Assembly (NCBI GenBank): GCA_963724295.1
Contig: CAVRUC010000002.1
Location: forward strand, 64,001-128,000
Direction: 5' to 3'
Source: an uncultured Chloroflexia bacterium
Lineage (GTDB): Bacteria; Chloroflexota; Chloroflexia; Thermomicrobiales; UBA6265
DNA: 64,000 nt
Shown here: in pieces, positions 1 to 9,475 of the stretch
Numbering within the stretch: the first letter of the stretch is position 1
How the letters are laid out: every line of letters starts with the position of its first letter
Notes under the pieces: model-generated
The model's database searches: none
What the model saw: the letters and a program-made list of their open reading frames with translations, nothing else
What the model was told of the DNA's origin: nothing
Made by a program: the position numbers and the translations under genes

Positions 1-349
1 GGGTACCGGCGTGGCCGATCCGCTTTTCACCTAGCAGACGGCGGGCGCGGGCCACGACGTCGAAGCTGGTCCAGCCGGCGGGCTTGTCGATGACGAGGTA
101 ACCGTGGAGGGAGGGGGAGTCGCTGCGCTCAGGGGGTGGCAGCCGCTTCGCGGCTTCAGGGGGAGCCGTCCGCTTCGCAGACTCAGGGGGTGCCGGTCGC
201 TCCGCTCCCTCAGGGGGTGTTAGTCGCTGCGCTCCCGCAGGGGGTGAAGGAGAACGAGTAAGACTGCCGTCGGTCTCGTCTTCCCCTGAGCCGAAGGCGA
301 CACCCCCTGAGGCGGTGAAACCGCCGCCACCCCCTGAACGAAGTGACAC
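1..349 (-). CDS. truB: tRNA pseudouridine(55) synthase, 5' part (runs off window), with repeat-derived N-terminal extension
   Basis: Minus strand translates [36 protein letters not shown] (TruB motifs). Frame is open back to GTG at 349; start uncertain. Follows rbfA/DHH. Confidence 0.9.
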   Translation of the reverse strand, partial: MSLRSGGGGGFTASGGVAFGSGEDETDGSLTRSPSPPAGAQRLTPPEGAERPAPPESAKRTAPPEAAKRLPPPERSDSPSLHGYLVIDKPAGWTSFDVVARARRLLGEKRIGHAGT

Positions 350-372
350 CCCCGAGGCGAAGCCGGCACCCC
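112..372. repeat. Palindromic tandem-repeat element (CAGGGGG units followed by inverted CCCCCTGA units)
   Basis: Five CAGGGGG-containing units spaced ~27 nt apart, then inverted CCCCCTGA copies; units carry GCGAAGCG/GCGCAGCG motifs. Confidence 0.85.
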
Positions 373-1410
373 CTATCCCCCTACAACAACGGCGTCCGGC
401 TCCGGGATGGCGGCAACGAGCTCGGCGACCTTCGCGATGAAGGCCTGCTTCTCCGCCTCGCCGCCCTCGAGGTGCGCCCCCGCGGCGCGCGGATGACCGC
501 CGCCGCCGAACTCGGCGGCGATGGCGGCCACGTCGAGATTCTTCTCCAGTCCGCGCAAGCTAACCCGCCAGCCACGTTCGTCCTCGTCCTGATAGAGGAT
601 CACGGCCACGCGAGAGCCCTGGGTGCCGGACAGGAAGTTGACGATCCCCTCGGCCTCGACCATCTCGGCGCCGCACTGCTGGAAGCCTTTGCGGGTCATC
701 TCGGTCCAGATGATCGGGCCGTTCCAATGGATATTGTGCAGGGCGTGCTCCCAGAGACAGATGGTGGAGCGCGGCTTGAGGCGGAAGAGCTGGTCGACGA
801 CCGGCTCCAGCTCGGCCCCGCACTCGACGAGCTCCGCCACGGTGCGGATGGTATGGGGCGTGGTGGACGGGGTGCGCAACCCGAGCGTATCGCCGTAGAT
901 GCCGGCCAGCAGGTTGCGGGCCATATCCGGGGTCATCGCGGTTCGCCAGAGCTTCAGCACCTCGGCGACGATCTCCGCCGATGACGATGCCTCCGGCTCG
1001 ACGATGTTGACGTCCCCGAAGCGGTCGTTCGTGATGTGGTGATCGATATTGACGATGGGGAGGTTTCCAGCGAGACGAGAGGGATCGTCCTTGGCGAAAT
1101 TGCCGAGTCGCCTGCGGTCCGCGCAGTCGATCAAGCAGAGCATGTCGTAGGCAGGCAGCTCGTCCCGGCCGTAGACCAGAACCGACTCGACCCCCGGCAG
1201 GAATGTCAGATTCGACGGGAAATCGCCGTCGGAAATGAGTGGATAGGCGTCGACGCCGTACTCGGCAAGGGCGAGCCGCATCGCCAGCGGAGAGGACATG
1301 CCATCGGCATCGACGTTCTGATGCATTGGCATCAGGACGGTCTTGGCGCCACGCAGCAGGACGAGCGCCGCCTCGGCGTCGGCGGGATCGATGGCCCAGG
1401 AGTCGTTCAC
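373..1410 (-). CDS. nrnA: DHH/DHHA1 phosphoesterase (NrnA-like)
   Basis: [18 protein letters not shown] and [10 protein letters not shown] motifs; typical rbfA-truB location. Confidence 0.9.
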   Translation of the reverse strand: MNDSWAIDPADAEAALVLLRGAKTVLMPMHQNVDADGMSSPLAMRLALAEYGVDAYPLISDGDFPSNLTFLPGVESVLVYGRDELPAYDMLCLIDCADRRRLGNFAKDDPSRLAGNLPIVNIDHHITNDRFGDVNIVEPEASSSAEIVAEVLKLWRTAMTPDMARNLLAGIYGDTLGLRTPSTTPHTIRTVAELVECGAELEPVVDQLFRLKPRSTICLWEHALHNIHWNGPIIWTEMTRKGFQQCGAEMVEAEGIVNFLSGTQGSRVAVILYQDEDERGWRVSLRGLEKNLDVAAIAAEFGGGGHPRAAGAHLEGGEAEKQAFIAKVAELVAAIPEPDAVVVGG

Positions 1411-1844
1411 ACCTCACCGTCCGAAGTCGTGGAGTCGTGGAGATCGTTGCCGCTGGCAGGAGTCGTGGAGAAGAGTTTTGCTTCTCGACTCCGCGCCTTC
1501 TCGCCTTCTCGACTCAATTCGCGCAGGGTCCGATCGATCTCTTCAGCGTGCTCCATCGAGCGGTCGTCCCGGAAATCGAGGTCAGGAATGATACGCGTGC
1601 GCATGCGCGGCTTGAGATGACCGCGGATGAACCCGGCCGCGCCGCGCAGTGCCGTAATGGTCTCCTTGCGTTCGCCATCGGTGCCCAGAACGGAGACGTA
1701 GATCCGCGCCGAGCGCAGATCGGGCAGCACCTCGACGCGGGTGACGGTCCAGAAGCCGAGCCGCGGATCGTCGATCTCGGAGCGGATGATGTCGACCACC
1801 TCCTCGCGGAGGAACTCGCCCATCTGTTGCGTGCGCCGGGTCAT
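1407..1844 (-). CDS. rbfA: Ribosome-binding factor A
   Basis: DPRLGFWTVTRVEVLPDLRSARIYVS...IPDLDFRDDRS; directly after infB. Confidence 0.95.
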   Translation of the reverse strand: MTRRTQQMGEFLREEVVDIIRSEIDDPRLGFWTVTRVEVLPDLRSARIYVSVLGTDGERKETITALRGAAGFIRGHLKPRMRTRIIPDLDFRDDRSMEHAEEIDRTLRELSREGEKARSREAKLFSTTPASGNDLHDSTTSDGEV

Positions 1845-1861
1845 GGTGACCTCCGGAAGTC

Positions 1862-1947
1862 GGACAGTCGGTGAGTCGGTGAGTCGGTAAGTGAAGGGCT
1901 TTGGTCCCGCTTACTTACCGACTCACCGACTTGCCGTCTTACCGACT
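1862..1947. repeat. Octamer tandem repeats in inverted arrangement (GAGTCGGT / ACCGACTY)
   Basis: agtcggtgagtcggtgagtcggtaagt ... acttaccgactcaccgacttgccgtcttaccgact between infB and rbfA. Confidence 0.85.
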
Positions 1948-3844
1948 ACGTTCGCGCTACCTCTTCGCTATGGAAGAACTCGACCTGATCGCCGACCTGG
2001 AGATCGTTGAAGCCCTCCAGGCCCAGGCCGCACTCGTAGCCGGCCGCCACTTCGCGGACATCGTCCTTGAAGCGCTTGAGAGACTTCACCGCCCCTTCGT
2101 GGACCACGGTGCCGCTGCGCAGCACGCGGGTGCGGCTGTTGCGGGTGATCCGGCCATCGAGCACGTAGAGCCCGGCGACCATGTCGCCGCCCGGCAGCTT
2201 GAAGGTCTCGCGCACTTCCGCGTAGCCATCGGTCACATCCTGGAAGACGGGCGCCAGGAGACCGGTCATGGCCGCCTTCACTTCGTCCAGCAGGTTGTAG
2301 ATGATGTTGTAGAAACGGATATCGACGCCAGAGGCGTCGGCCGCCCGCTTGGCGGCAACGTCGGGCCGCACGTTGAAGCCGATGATGATCGAGTGGGTGG
2401 CGGTGGCCAGGCTGACGTCCGACTCGCCGATGGCCCCGGTGCCGGCGTAGGTGATGCTCAGCTGGACCCCTTCCGGCACCTCCTCGTTGAGCTTGAGCAG
2501 CGCCGTCTGGATAGCCCCGAGCGATCCGGAGACGTCCGCCTTCAGGATCACGCGCAGCTCGGCCACGCCACCTTCGCTGATCTCCTTCGAAAACTCGGTC
2601 AGCTTGAAGGAGCGGTCAGCGGACAGCGACTCGGCACGGCGCTCCGCGGTGCGCCGCTCGGCGACCTCGCGGGCCAGCTTCTCGTCGGTGAAGACCATGA
2701 ACTGGTCGCCCGCCTGGGGCGCTTCGAGTAGACCCAGGATCTCGACCGGCATGCTTGGCTCGGCGCGGCGAATCTTGCGGCCACGGTCGTCGAACATGGC
2801 CTTCACGCGGCCCCAGGTCCCGCCCGCCACGACCACGTCGCGCGGGTTGAGCGTGCCGCTCTGCACCAGCAGCGTCGCTATCGGGCCGCGGGTGCGGTCG
2901 ATCTTGGCCTCGACCACCACGCCGGAGGCGGGCTTGAGCGGATTGGCTTTCAGCTCATGCACGTCGGCGACGAGCGTGATGACCTCCAGCAGGTCATCGA
3001 GACCGAGCTTCTCCAGCGCGGAAACCTCGACAAAGGGAACGTCGCCGCCCCACTCCTCGGGCAGGACCTCCAGATCGGAGAGCTGTTGCTTGACGCGGTC
3101 AGGGTTGGCGGCCGGGAGATCGATCTTGTTGACCGCCACCACCATCGGCACCTGGGCCGACTTGATGTGCGCCACCGCTTCCCGTGTCGTCGGCATCACA
3201 CCGTCGTCGGCGGCCACCACCAGGACCGCGACGTCGGTCGCCTGCGCCCCGCGAGCACGCATGGCGGTGAACGCCTCGTGGCCGGGGGTATCGAGGAAGG
3301 TGATCTTGCGCCCGTGAGCATCGACCTGGTAGGCGCCGATGTGCTGGGTAATGCCGCCGGCCTCTCCCTCCGCCACATTGGCGGAGCGAATCGCGTCGAG
3401 CAGCTTGGTCTTGCCATGGTCGACGTGTCCCATGATCGTAACCACCGGCGGCCGCGTCCGGGCCTCGGGATCGCTCTCAGCCTCGGTGCGGCGCGTCTCG
3501 AAGCTGTCGCCTTCGCCGGTGAGATCCGACTCCTCCGGATTGGTCTCCCAGCCAAGCGCCTCCGCCACGCGAGCTGCCGTCGCGTAATCGACCTGCTGGT
3601 TGATCGTCGCCATCATGCCGAGCTTCATCAGCTCCTTGATGACTTCGACGCCGGTGGTCTGCAGCCGCTCGGCCAGCTCGCCGAGGGTGAGCACCGAGGG
3701 CAGGGTGACTGGTTCGCGCACGATCGGCGCGGTGCGCCGCACGGCGACGGTGCGGGCTCCGCCGCGGCCGCCCTTGCCGCGACCACCCTTGCCGCCGGGG
3801 CGCCGGGATCCGGCGGGACGCCGACCTTGATACGTACTTGCCAT
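1946..3844 (-). CDS. infB: Translation initiation factor IF-2
   Basis: [13 protein letters not shown] and NKID GTPase motifs; ATG at 3844 overlaps the ylxR stop. Confidence 0.97.
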   Translation of the reverse strand: MASTYQGRRPAGSRRPGGKGGRGKGGRGGARTVAVRRTAPIVREPVTLPSVLTLGELAERLQTTGVEVIKELMKLGMMATINQQVDYATAARVAEALGWETNPEESDLTGEGDSFETRRTEAESDPEARTRPPVVTIMGHVDHGKTKLLDAIRSANVAEGEAGGITQHIGAYQVDAHGRKITFLDTPGHEAFTAMRARGAQATDVAVLVVAADDGVMPTTREAVAHIKSAQVPMVVAVNKIDLPAANPDRVKQQLSDLEVLPEEWGGDVPFVEVSALEKLGLDDLLEVITLVADVHELKANPLKPASGVVVEAKIDRTRGPIATLLVQSGTLNPRDVVVAGGTWGRVKAMFDDRGRKIRRAEPSMPVEILGLLEAPQAGDQFMVFTDEKLAREVAERRTAERRAESLSADRSFKLTEFSKEISEGGVAELRVILKADVSGSLGAIQTALLKLNEEVPEGVQLSITYAGTGAIGESDVSLATATHSIIIGFNVRPDVAAKRAADASGVDIRFYNIIYNLLDEVKAAMTGLLAPVFQDVTDGYAEVRETFKLPGGDMVAGLYVLDGRITRNSRTRVLRSGTVVHEGAVKSLKRFKDDVREVAAGYECGLGLEGFNDLQVGDQVEFFHSEEVART

Positions 3845-4224
3845 TAGCGATGCTCTCCTTCTGTCCTTGCCAATATCGGCGCCGTGCCCGCGGCCGTCGA
3901 GGTCTCCAGGGGCAGTGTGGCCGCGTAGCGGCGCAACCGTTCGAGTGTCTCCGTATCGATCTCTACATTCAATGCTCGGGCCAATAACCCGGAGGCAAGC
4001 GCTTTCTCCCAACAGGCGGCCTGCCCACAGAGGTAGGCGCCCCGTCCGTTGCGGCGCCCGGTGGGATCGGGCTCCACCTGTCCTTCCGGACTGCGCACGA
4101 TGCGGTACAGCCCGCGCTTGGCGTCGTGCCCACGGCAGGCGATGCACATCCGCTGCGGGACGTGCTTCGCTCGAGGGGGGCGCTTCGCTGAGGGGGGCGC
4201 TGCGCTTGAGGGGGGCGGCCGCAA
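3844..4224 (-). CDS. ylxR: YlxR/RnpM family (DUF448) RNA-binding protein; start uncertain
   Basis: HVPQRMCIACR...DPTGRRNGRGAYLC motif between nusA and infB. Confidence 0.9.
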   Translation of the reverse strand: MRPPPSSAAPPSAKRPPRAKHVPQRMCIACRGHDAKRGLYRIVRSPEGQVEPDPTGRRNGRGAYLCGQAACWEKALASGLLARALNVEIDTETLERLRRYAATLPLETSTAAGTAPILARTEGEHR

Positions 4225-4330
4225 GCGGCCTGAGGGGGGAGTGGAGTACGACGAGAGGTTTCCTCTTCTTCTCCCCTCTTCCCCCCGGGAGCGCAGCGAC
4301 CCCCCTCTCCCCCCTCTTCCCCCTTCACCC
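4165..4330. repeat. Palindromic G5/C5 tandem-repeat element at the nusA-ylxR junction
   Basis: GAGGGGGG-CGCTTCGC units followed by inverted CCCCCTCT units. Confidence 0.8.
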
Positions 4331-4331
4331 G

Positions 4332-5672
4332 CTACACCCCCTCGGCCGCCGCGGCGACCGCCACTGGCTCATCCTCGAGCGACAGCGGTTCGCCGCTCTC
4401 GAAATCGAAGCGGTGGCGCAGGTCGCGGTTGTAAAAGACTTCCAGGGCGGTCCCAGCCATATCGACATCGACGCTCATGCCGACCAGATCGGGAGCGAGT
4501 GGGCCGAACGTCTTGTCGCGGACCGAGATGGTGCCATCGGCACGGACCAGGCGAGGCTGGCGTCCCTGCCAGGAGAAGTCGTCGCTCTGCGAATCGGCCA
4601 TGGCTGCCCGCGCCTGCCGCAACAGATCCTCGTCCATCTCCTGGAGCGCGGCCGGGTCCTTGATGTCGATGCGCCAGCCGGTCAGCTTATAGGCGAGGCG
4701 GGCGTTCTGCCCTTCCTTGCCGATCGCCAGCGACATCTGATCGGTCGGCACGATGACCGTGGCCACCTTGTTCGGCTCGTCCAGCGTGACCGATGACGGC
4801 TTCGCCGGCGACAGGGCGTTGGCGATGAACTGCGCCGTGTCGGACGACCATTCGATGACGTCGATCTTCTCGCCGTAGAGCTCGTTGACGATGTTCTGGA
4901 TACGCACCCCACGCACGCCGACGCAGGCGCCGACGGGATCGACCTTCTCCTGCCGCGCGGCGACGGCGACCTTGGAGCGGAGACCCGGCTCGCGGGCGAC
5001 CTCCATGATCTCGACCGCGCCGGAGAAGATCTCCGGGACCTCCTGCTCGAAGAGACGGCGAATGAGCCCCGGATGGGAGCGGGAGACGATCAATTGGGGA
5101 CCGCGTTGGTCCTTGTTCACCTCGACCAGGAGCACCTTGACCCGCTGCCCGGGCCGGTACCGCTCGTTCGGTACCTGCTCGCGAGCCGGCATGACCGCCT
5201 CAGCCTTCCCTAGCTCGACGATGACGGCCCGCGGATCGGCGCGCTGCACGATGCCGTTCAGCACCTCGCCCTGCTTGTCGTGGAACTCGTCGTAGACCGA
5301 ATCGCGCTCGTAATCGCGGATGCGCTGCAATACGACCTGCTTCACGGTCTGCGCGGCGATGCGGCCGAAGTTCTCAGGGGTGCGCTCGATGCGGATCTCG
5401 TCGCCGACCCGCGGATCGGGCGCGTACGTCATCGCCTCGGCCAGCGACATCTGGCTGAGGGGATCCTCGACCTCGTCGACCACCTCCTTGACGGCAAAGA
5501 TGCGCATCGCGCCGGTGGTCTGGTCCACGTCGACGGCGACTTCCTCTTCGGTGTTCGCCATTTTCTTGTAGACACTCTTCAGAGCATGTTCGACCGAGGA
5601 GAGCACCGCCTCTTTGGGAATTCCCCGCTCGGCGGCAATCTGGGCGATCGCCGTGTAAAAGTCGCTCTTCAT
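4332..5672 (-). CDS. nusA: Transcription termination/antitermination factor NusA
   Basis: FGRIAAQT, AREPGLRSKVAV, GACVGVRGVRI and AIGKEGQNARLA; ATG at 5672 preceded by AGGAG. Confidence 0.97.
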   Translation of the reverse strand: MKSDFYTAIAQIAAERGIPKEAVLSSVEHALKSVYKKMANTEEEVAVDVDQTTGAMRIFAVKEVVDEVEDPLSQMSLAEAMTYAPDPRVGDEIRIERTPENFGRIAAQTVKQVVLQRIRDYERDSVYDEFHDKQGEVLNGIVQRADPRAVIVELGKAEAVMPAREQVPNERYRPGQRVKVLLVEVNKDQRGPQLIVSRSHPGLIRRLFEQEVPEIFSGAVEIMEVAREPGLRSKVAVAARQEKVDPVGACVGVRGVRIQNIVNELYGEKIDVIEWSSDTAQFIANALSPAKPSSVTLDEPNKVATVIVPTDQMSLAIGKEGQNARLAYKLTGWRIDIKDPAALQEMDEDLLRQARAAMADSQSDDFSWQGRQPRLVRADGTISVRDKTFGPLAPDLVGMSVDVDMAGTALEVFYNRDLRHRFDFESGEPLSLEDEPVAVAAAAEGV

Positions 5673-5862
5673 GCCCGCATTGCTCCTTTCCTGGGGCGCC
5701 GGCAGATGGGCGGCCCGCTGGCGGGATGGCAACCGCAACGTCGCGGCGCCGGAGCGCCTCATGGGCTCAGTTGACACGGTCGATGGGAAACGTGGTCTGG
5801 CCCCTGGCCCAGGGCGCTGGAACGGCCGCCCTGCGGCCGCATGCGTGCAGCGGCCTTTGAAC

Positions 5863-5893
5863 ACAAAAGAACGCGGGTTGTGGTCCCACGTTC
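5863..5893 (-). terminator. Leader hairpin/attenuator upstream of nusA (rimP-leader-like)
   Basis: Minus strand GAACGTGGG-ACCACAA-CCCGCGTTC-TTTTG: hairpin plus U tract about 25 nt after the promoter. Confidence 0.65.
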
Positions 5894-5918
5894 CGCGGAA
5901 GGCTTGGTTCCAGCACAA

Positions 5919-5947
5919 ATAATAGCATCGGGACACCGCCGCGACAA
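5919..5947 (-). promoter_or_regulatory. sigma70-type promoter of the nusA operon
   Basis: TTGTCG-17 bp-TATTAT with extended TG on the minus strand. Confidence 0.6.
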
Positions 5948-5954
5948 CCTGACG

Positions 5955-6112
5955 ATGGGTGATAGGTGATGGGTGATTACTCGCTTCGCGCCTGCGGACG
6001 CAAGTGGTGATAGGGTGGTTGTTCGCTGCGCTCACGGTGGCAGGGTCGCAGGGTGGCAGGACGAACGCTGCCCATCACCCTGCCACCCTGCGACCCCGCC
6101 ACCCAACACCCA
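5955..6112. repeat. Composite palindromic repeat (GGGTGAT / GGGTGGCA units plus CGCTTCGC and CGCTGCGCTC modules)
   Basis: A 42-bp block (5966-6007) recurs inverted at ~47971-48012; modules are shared with the 22530-22672 element. Confidence 0.85.
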
Positions 6113-6187
6113 CGTCGTATACTCCGGCTCCGGCGCGCCGGGCAGCCTCCCGCGCGGTAGGCACGAGACCCGGAGCCCAGTCCCCCG

Positions 6188-7321
6188 GTGCAATCGCTTT
6201 CCAACGGCAACAGTCCTCGCTCCGCCGCGCGCCAGTCGCCGTTTCGGTCGCCGCGCGTCTGGATCGGTGTCCCGGTCAGTCTCTTCTTCCTCTTCCTTGC
6301 CTTCCGCGGGCAGCATCCCGACGAGATTCGCGACGCGTTCTCCCGGGTCGACTGGCGCTCGCTGCCCCTGGCCTTGCTCCTTCTCTACACCGGGATCGCC
6401 ATCCGCACCTACCGCTGGCACGTCCTGCTGCGTCCGGTGCACGACATCCCGACGCGTGACGTCTTCCCGATCATGCTCATCGGCTACGCCGCCAACAACG
6501 TCCTCCCCTTGCGGGCCGGCGAGCTGGTGCGCGCCTGGGTCCTGGAACAGCGCTACGGCGTGCGCAAGACGGCCGCGCTGGCCACCATCGCGGTCGAGCG
6601 CCTCTTCGACGGCGTGACCATGCTCCTCTTCGTCGGCGGGGCGGCGACCGTGGTCGGGCTCAATGCCGAGCTGCAACATGTCGCCATGGTGGCCGCCGCC
6701 ATCTTTGCCGCGGCGATCGCCGGGATGGTCCTCCTCCTCGTTGGTGGCACATTGCGCGAGCGGCTGCTACGGCTCGTGCTCAGGCCGTTGCCCGACCGCC
6801 TGGAGGCACGTGTCGAGCGCATGGCCGAGTCGTTCCTGGCGGGACTGGGGGTCCTCACGCGGCGAGGCGATCTGGCGCTGGTTGCGATCACGTCAATCAT
6901 CGCCTGGGGATTCGAGGTGTCGATGTACTGGATGGTGGCACGAGCGTTCGGTGACCCGCTCGCCGGAGCGATGACGCCCGCCGCCGCGCTCCTGACGACC
7001 GCGATCGCCAATCTGGCGACCCTCGTCCCGTCCGGACCGGGATACGTGGGTACCTTCGAGGCGGGAGTGTTGCTTGCGGTCAACCGTGCGCTCGGCATCG
7101 GCCGCGGGTTGGCCCTCTCCTACGCGGTCCTGCTCCACGTCCTGCTCTGGCTGCCGGTCACCGTCTGGGGCGCCATCGAGTGGTGGCGCCTCGGCATCGT
7201 GGGCAGCCGGCACATCAGCCTCGCGCACGCGGTCGAGGACGAGCTCGCCCCGGCTCCTGCGCCGCAACCGGTCTCCCAACGCGCGAGTCCGGGCGCGGGT
7301 GGCCCGGGAGGGGGTGCGTGA
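6188..7321 (+). CDS. Lysylphosphatidylglycerol synthase TM region / flippase-like (UPF0104) membrane protein
   Basis: RWHVLL, NNVLPLRAGELVRA, ERLFD and PSGPGYVGTFE motifs; multi-TM. Confidence 0.85.
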   Translation: MQSLSNGNSPRSAARQSPFRSPRVWIGVPVSLFFLFLAFRGQHPDEIRDAFSRVDWRSLPLALLLLYTGIAIRTYRWHVLLRPVHDIPTRDVFPIMLIGYAANNVLPLRAGELVRAWVLEQRYGVRKTAALATIAVERLFDGVTMLLFVGGAATVVGLNAELQHVAMVAAAIFAAAIAGMVLLLVGGTLRERLLRLVLRPLPDRLEARVERMAESFLAGLGVLTRRGDLALVAITSIIAWGFEVSMYWMVARAFGDPLAGAMTPAAALLTTAIANLATLVPSGPGYVGTFEAGVLLAVNRALGIGRGLALSYAVLLHVLLWLPVTVWGAIEWWRLGIVGSRHISLAHAVEDELAPAPAPQPVSQRASPGAGGPGGGA

Positions 7322-8172
7322 CCGTTTGGCAGGCGATCGTGCTCGGGATCGTGCAAGGGTTGACCGAGTTCCTGCCGGTCTCGTCCTCCGCGCATCTGCT
7401 GGTGGTGCCGTGGCTGCTCGGCTGGGAGTCGCCGGGCCTGGCCTTTGACGCTGCTCTCCACCTCGGTACCCTGGCCGCCGTGCTCGTCTATTTCTGGCGC
7501 GATCTGCTGGCGATGGCGCTGGCCCTTCCCCGCGCCATCCGGCAGCCCTCCGCCATCCTGCGCTCGGATGAGCCCGATGACGTCATGCCTCGCCTCGCAT
7601 TGCTGATCGCCCTCGGTACCGTGCCCGGTTTGATCGCCGGACTCGTGGGCGGGGGAGCGATCGATGCGGTCTACCATCCCGATGGCGTGGCGGCGGATCG
7701 AGTCATCATCATGGTCGCGGTGGCCATGATTGCTCTTGCGCTGCTGCTCCTCGTGGCGGAGCGCACAGCCCAACACGTGCGGGGCATGGCCAGCCTCACC
7801 GTTCGCGACGCGGCGATCATCGGGCTGGCCCAAGCCCTGGCGCTGATCCCGGGGGTCTCCCGCTCCGGCGCCACGATCACCGCCGGCCTCTTCCGCGGGT
7901 TGACCCGCGCCGACGCGGCTCGCTTCTCCTTCCTCCTGGGCGCGCCGATCGTCGCCGCGGCTGGAGCGAAGGGACTCTTCGATACGCTCACGTCGGGTCT
8001 GGGCGCGGGGCAGCTCGGGATCCTGGCCGTTGGTCTCGCTACTTCGGCGCTGGCCGGGTTCGCCGCGATCTGGGGTCTGCTGCGCTATCTGCAGCGGGCC
8101 AGCACCGTGGTGTTCATCGTCTACCGGATCGTGCTGGGCATTGTGCTGATCCTATTAGTGGCGGTGCGGTAG
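7318..8172 (+). CDS. uppP: Undecaprenyl-diphosphate phosphatase
   Basis: VQGLTEFLPVSSSAHL and ALIPGVSRSGATI motifs; GTG at 7318 overlaps the upstream stop. Confidence 0.95.
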   Translation: MTVWQAIVLGIVQGLTEFLPVSSSAHLLVVPWLLGWESPGLAFDAALHLGTLAAVLVYFWRDLLAMALALPRAIRQPSAILRSDEPDDVMPRLALLIALGTVPGLIAGLVGGGAIDAVYHPDGVAADRVIIMVAVAMIALALLLLVAERTAQHVRGMASLTVRDAAIIGLAQALALIPGVSRSGATITAGLFRGLTRADAARFSFLLGAPIVAAAGAKGLFDTLTSGLGAGQLGILAVGLATSALAGFAAIWGLLRYLQRASTVVFIVYRIVLGIVLILLVAVR

Positions 8173-8559
8173 ATGGCAAAGATGAGCGTTGTCGTGAGCA
8201 GAGGCCAGCCCTGATTCTATCGGCGATCCATCCACCTATGTTTTCTGCCCGCATCAGAACTCTCCCACCCAGCGGAATCCGGTAGCCTGGATGGCGACCC
8301 TCCTCGATCAGCGCCCGCTCCAGCGGTTCGAGGCTCTCGTGGAGGCCGTATCGGTAGAGGTACGGTCTCCAGGTGAAGAACTGTTCCCGGAACGGAGTCA
8401 TAAGCTGGTCGCGTATTGCCGTGTAGCCATGCAGATTGCCATGGTCGGCGATCCAGGAGCTGCGCCACGATTGTCCTCCAGAAGGCCCGGCAGTGGAGTA
8501 TGCCCGTTGGGCAGTGCCGTGCGCTGAGCAGCAAGCCCTCGGTGGAAAAAGTCGATCCA

Positions 8560-9360
8560 GCATCCAAGAGCCGTCGCGGCTCACGTCGAGCAGGCGATCG
8601 CGGTCCGCGCACTGTGTTCTTCGAAATAGGCGCTGAGATAGAGAACGGCGCGGAGATACTCCGGGCTCGAAGCAGCAAGACGATAGGCAGCGATCCAACC
8701 GGCCAGGTCCGTCCATGAAGGGGTGAATCGCTTCAAATTGGTAGTGCACAAGCGAAGCTGAACGAGGAATGGTAGGTTGCTGCGGCGATCTCCGATAAAT
8801 CAGTCTAAGTCCTCGAGGGCCGATGCATCTCTTTGACCGGAGGCGGCACGAAGCGGGCGTCTCCGGGGTGGCGCCACGGTGACCGATGAGATTGGGAATG
8901 CGACGGAATTCGCCCGGTCTCTGTTCCTGACCACGCACGCCTTCCATGAGTTGCTTGTGGACCTCGCGGATCAAACGTAGAGAGATGGGAAGCTTGTCCA
9001 AGAGGGAAAAGCCGAGCTCAAGCGCCGAGACGTAGTTCGCAACCTCGCGGACGTCAGCATGCTCAGGGTCGGTCGTTGGCGCTGACTCAAAGACGAGCAG
9101 TTGTTGTAGCCCGGCCGTCGTTCCTTCGATACGGCTGGAAAGGACTGCCTCACGGCGCAGGAACGGACTGATTAGCAAATGTGGATTGGGTAGGCGCTGG
9201 CCGACCCCTTTGAGCTCTCCAAGCGCGCGTTCCGCGTCGGCAAGTCGGTTAATTGTGTTGAGATCGAAGTCGAGTACTGGTGGAAGCGGATGGGAGCGAA
9301 GGCGAAATGACCTTCGGGAGCGACGACGAGACGCCCCGATGCATCAGTCGTGAAGTCCAT
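8560..9360 (-). pseudogene. Fic family protein (Fic_N + Fic), multiply frameshifted/truncated; 3' end approximate
   Basis: REAVLSSRIEGT, EVANYVSAL, PGEFR and HYQFEAIHPFMDG motifs, with sequence degenerating around and after them. Confidence 0.8.
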
Positions 9361-9475
9361 CACGCCGCATTGATCAGTCTCCGATGTGCCAGTGTATTCG
9401 TCTAGGATCACAGCGTTGCATACCCAACGTTTGGTCATGACCTTTACCGAACAAGTGCCATTTTGTATGGTAAAG

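Noticed and set aside
112..372. 27-nt periodic repeat as a CRISPR array
   Set aside because: Units are short, degenerate and invert midway; no unique spacers and no cas genes.
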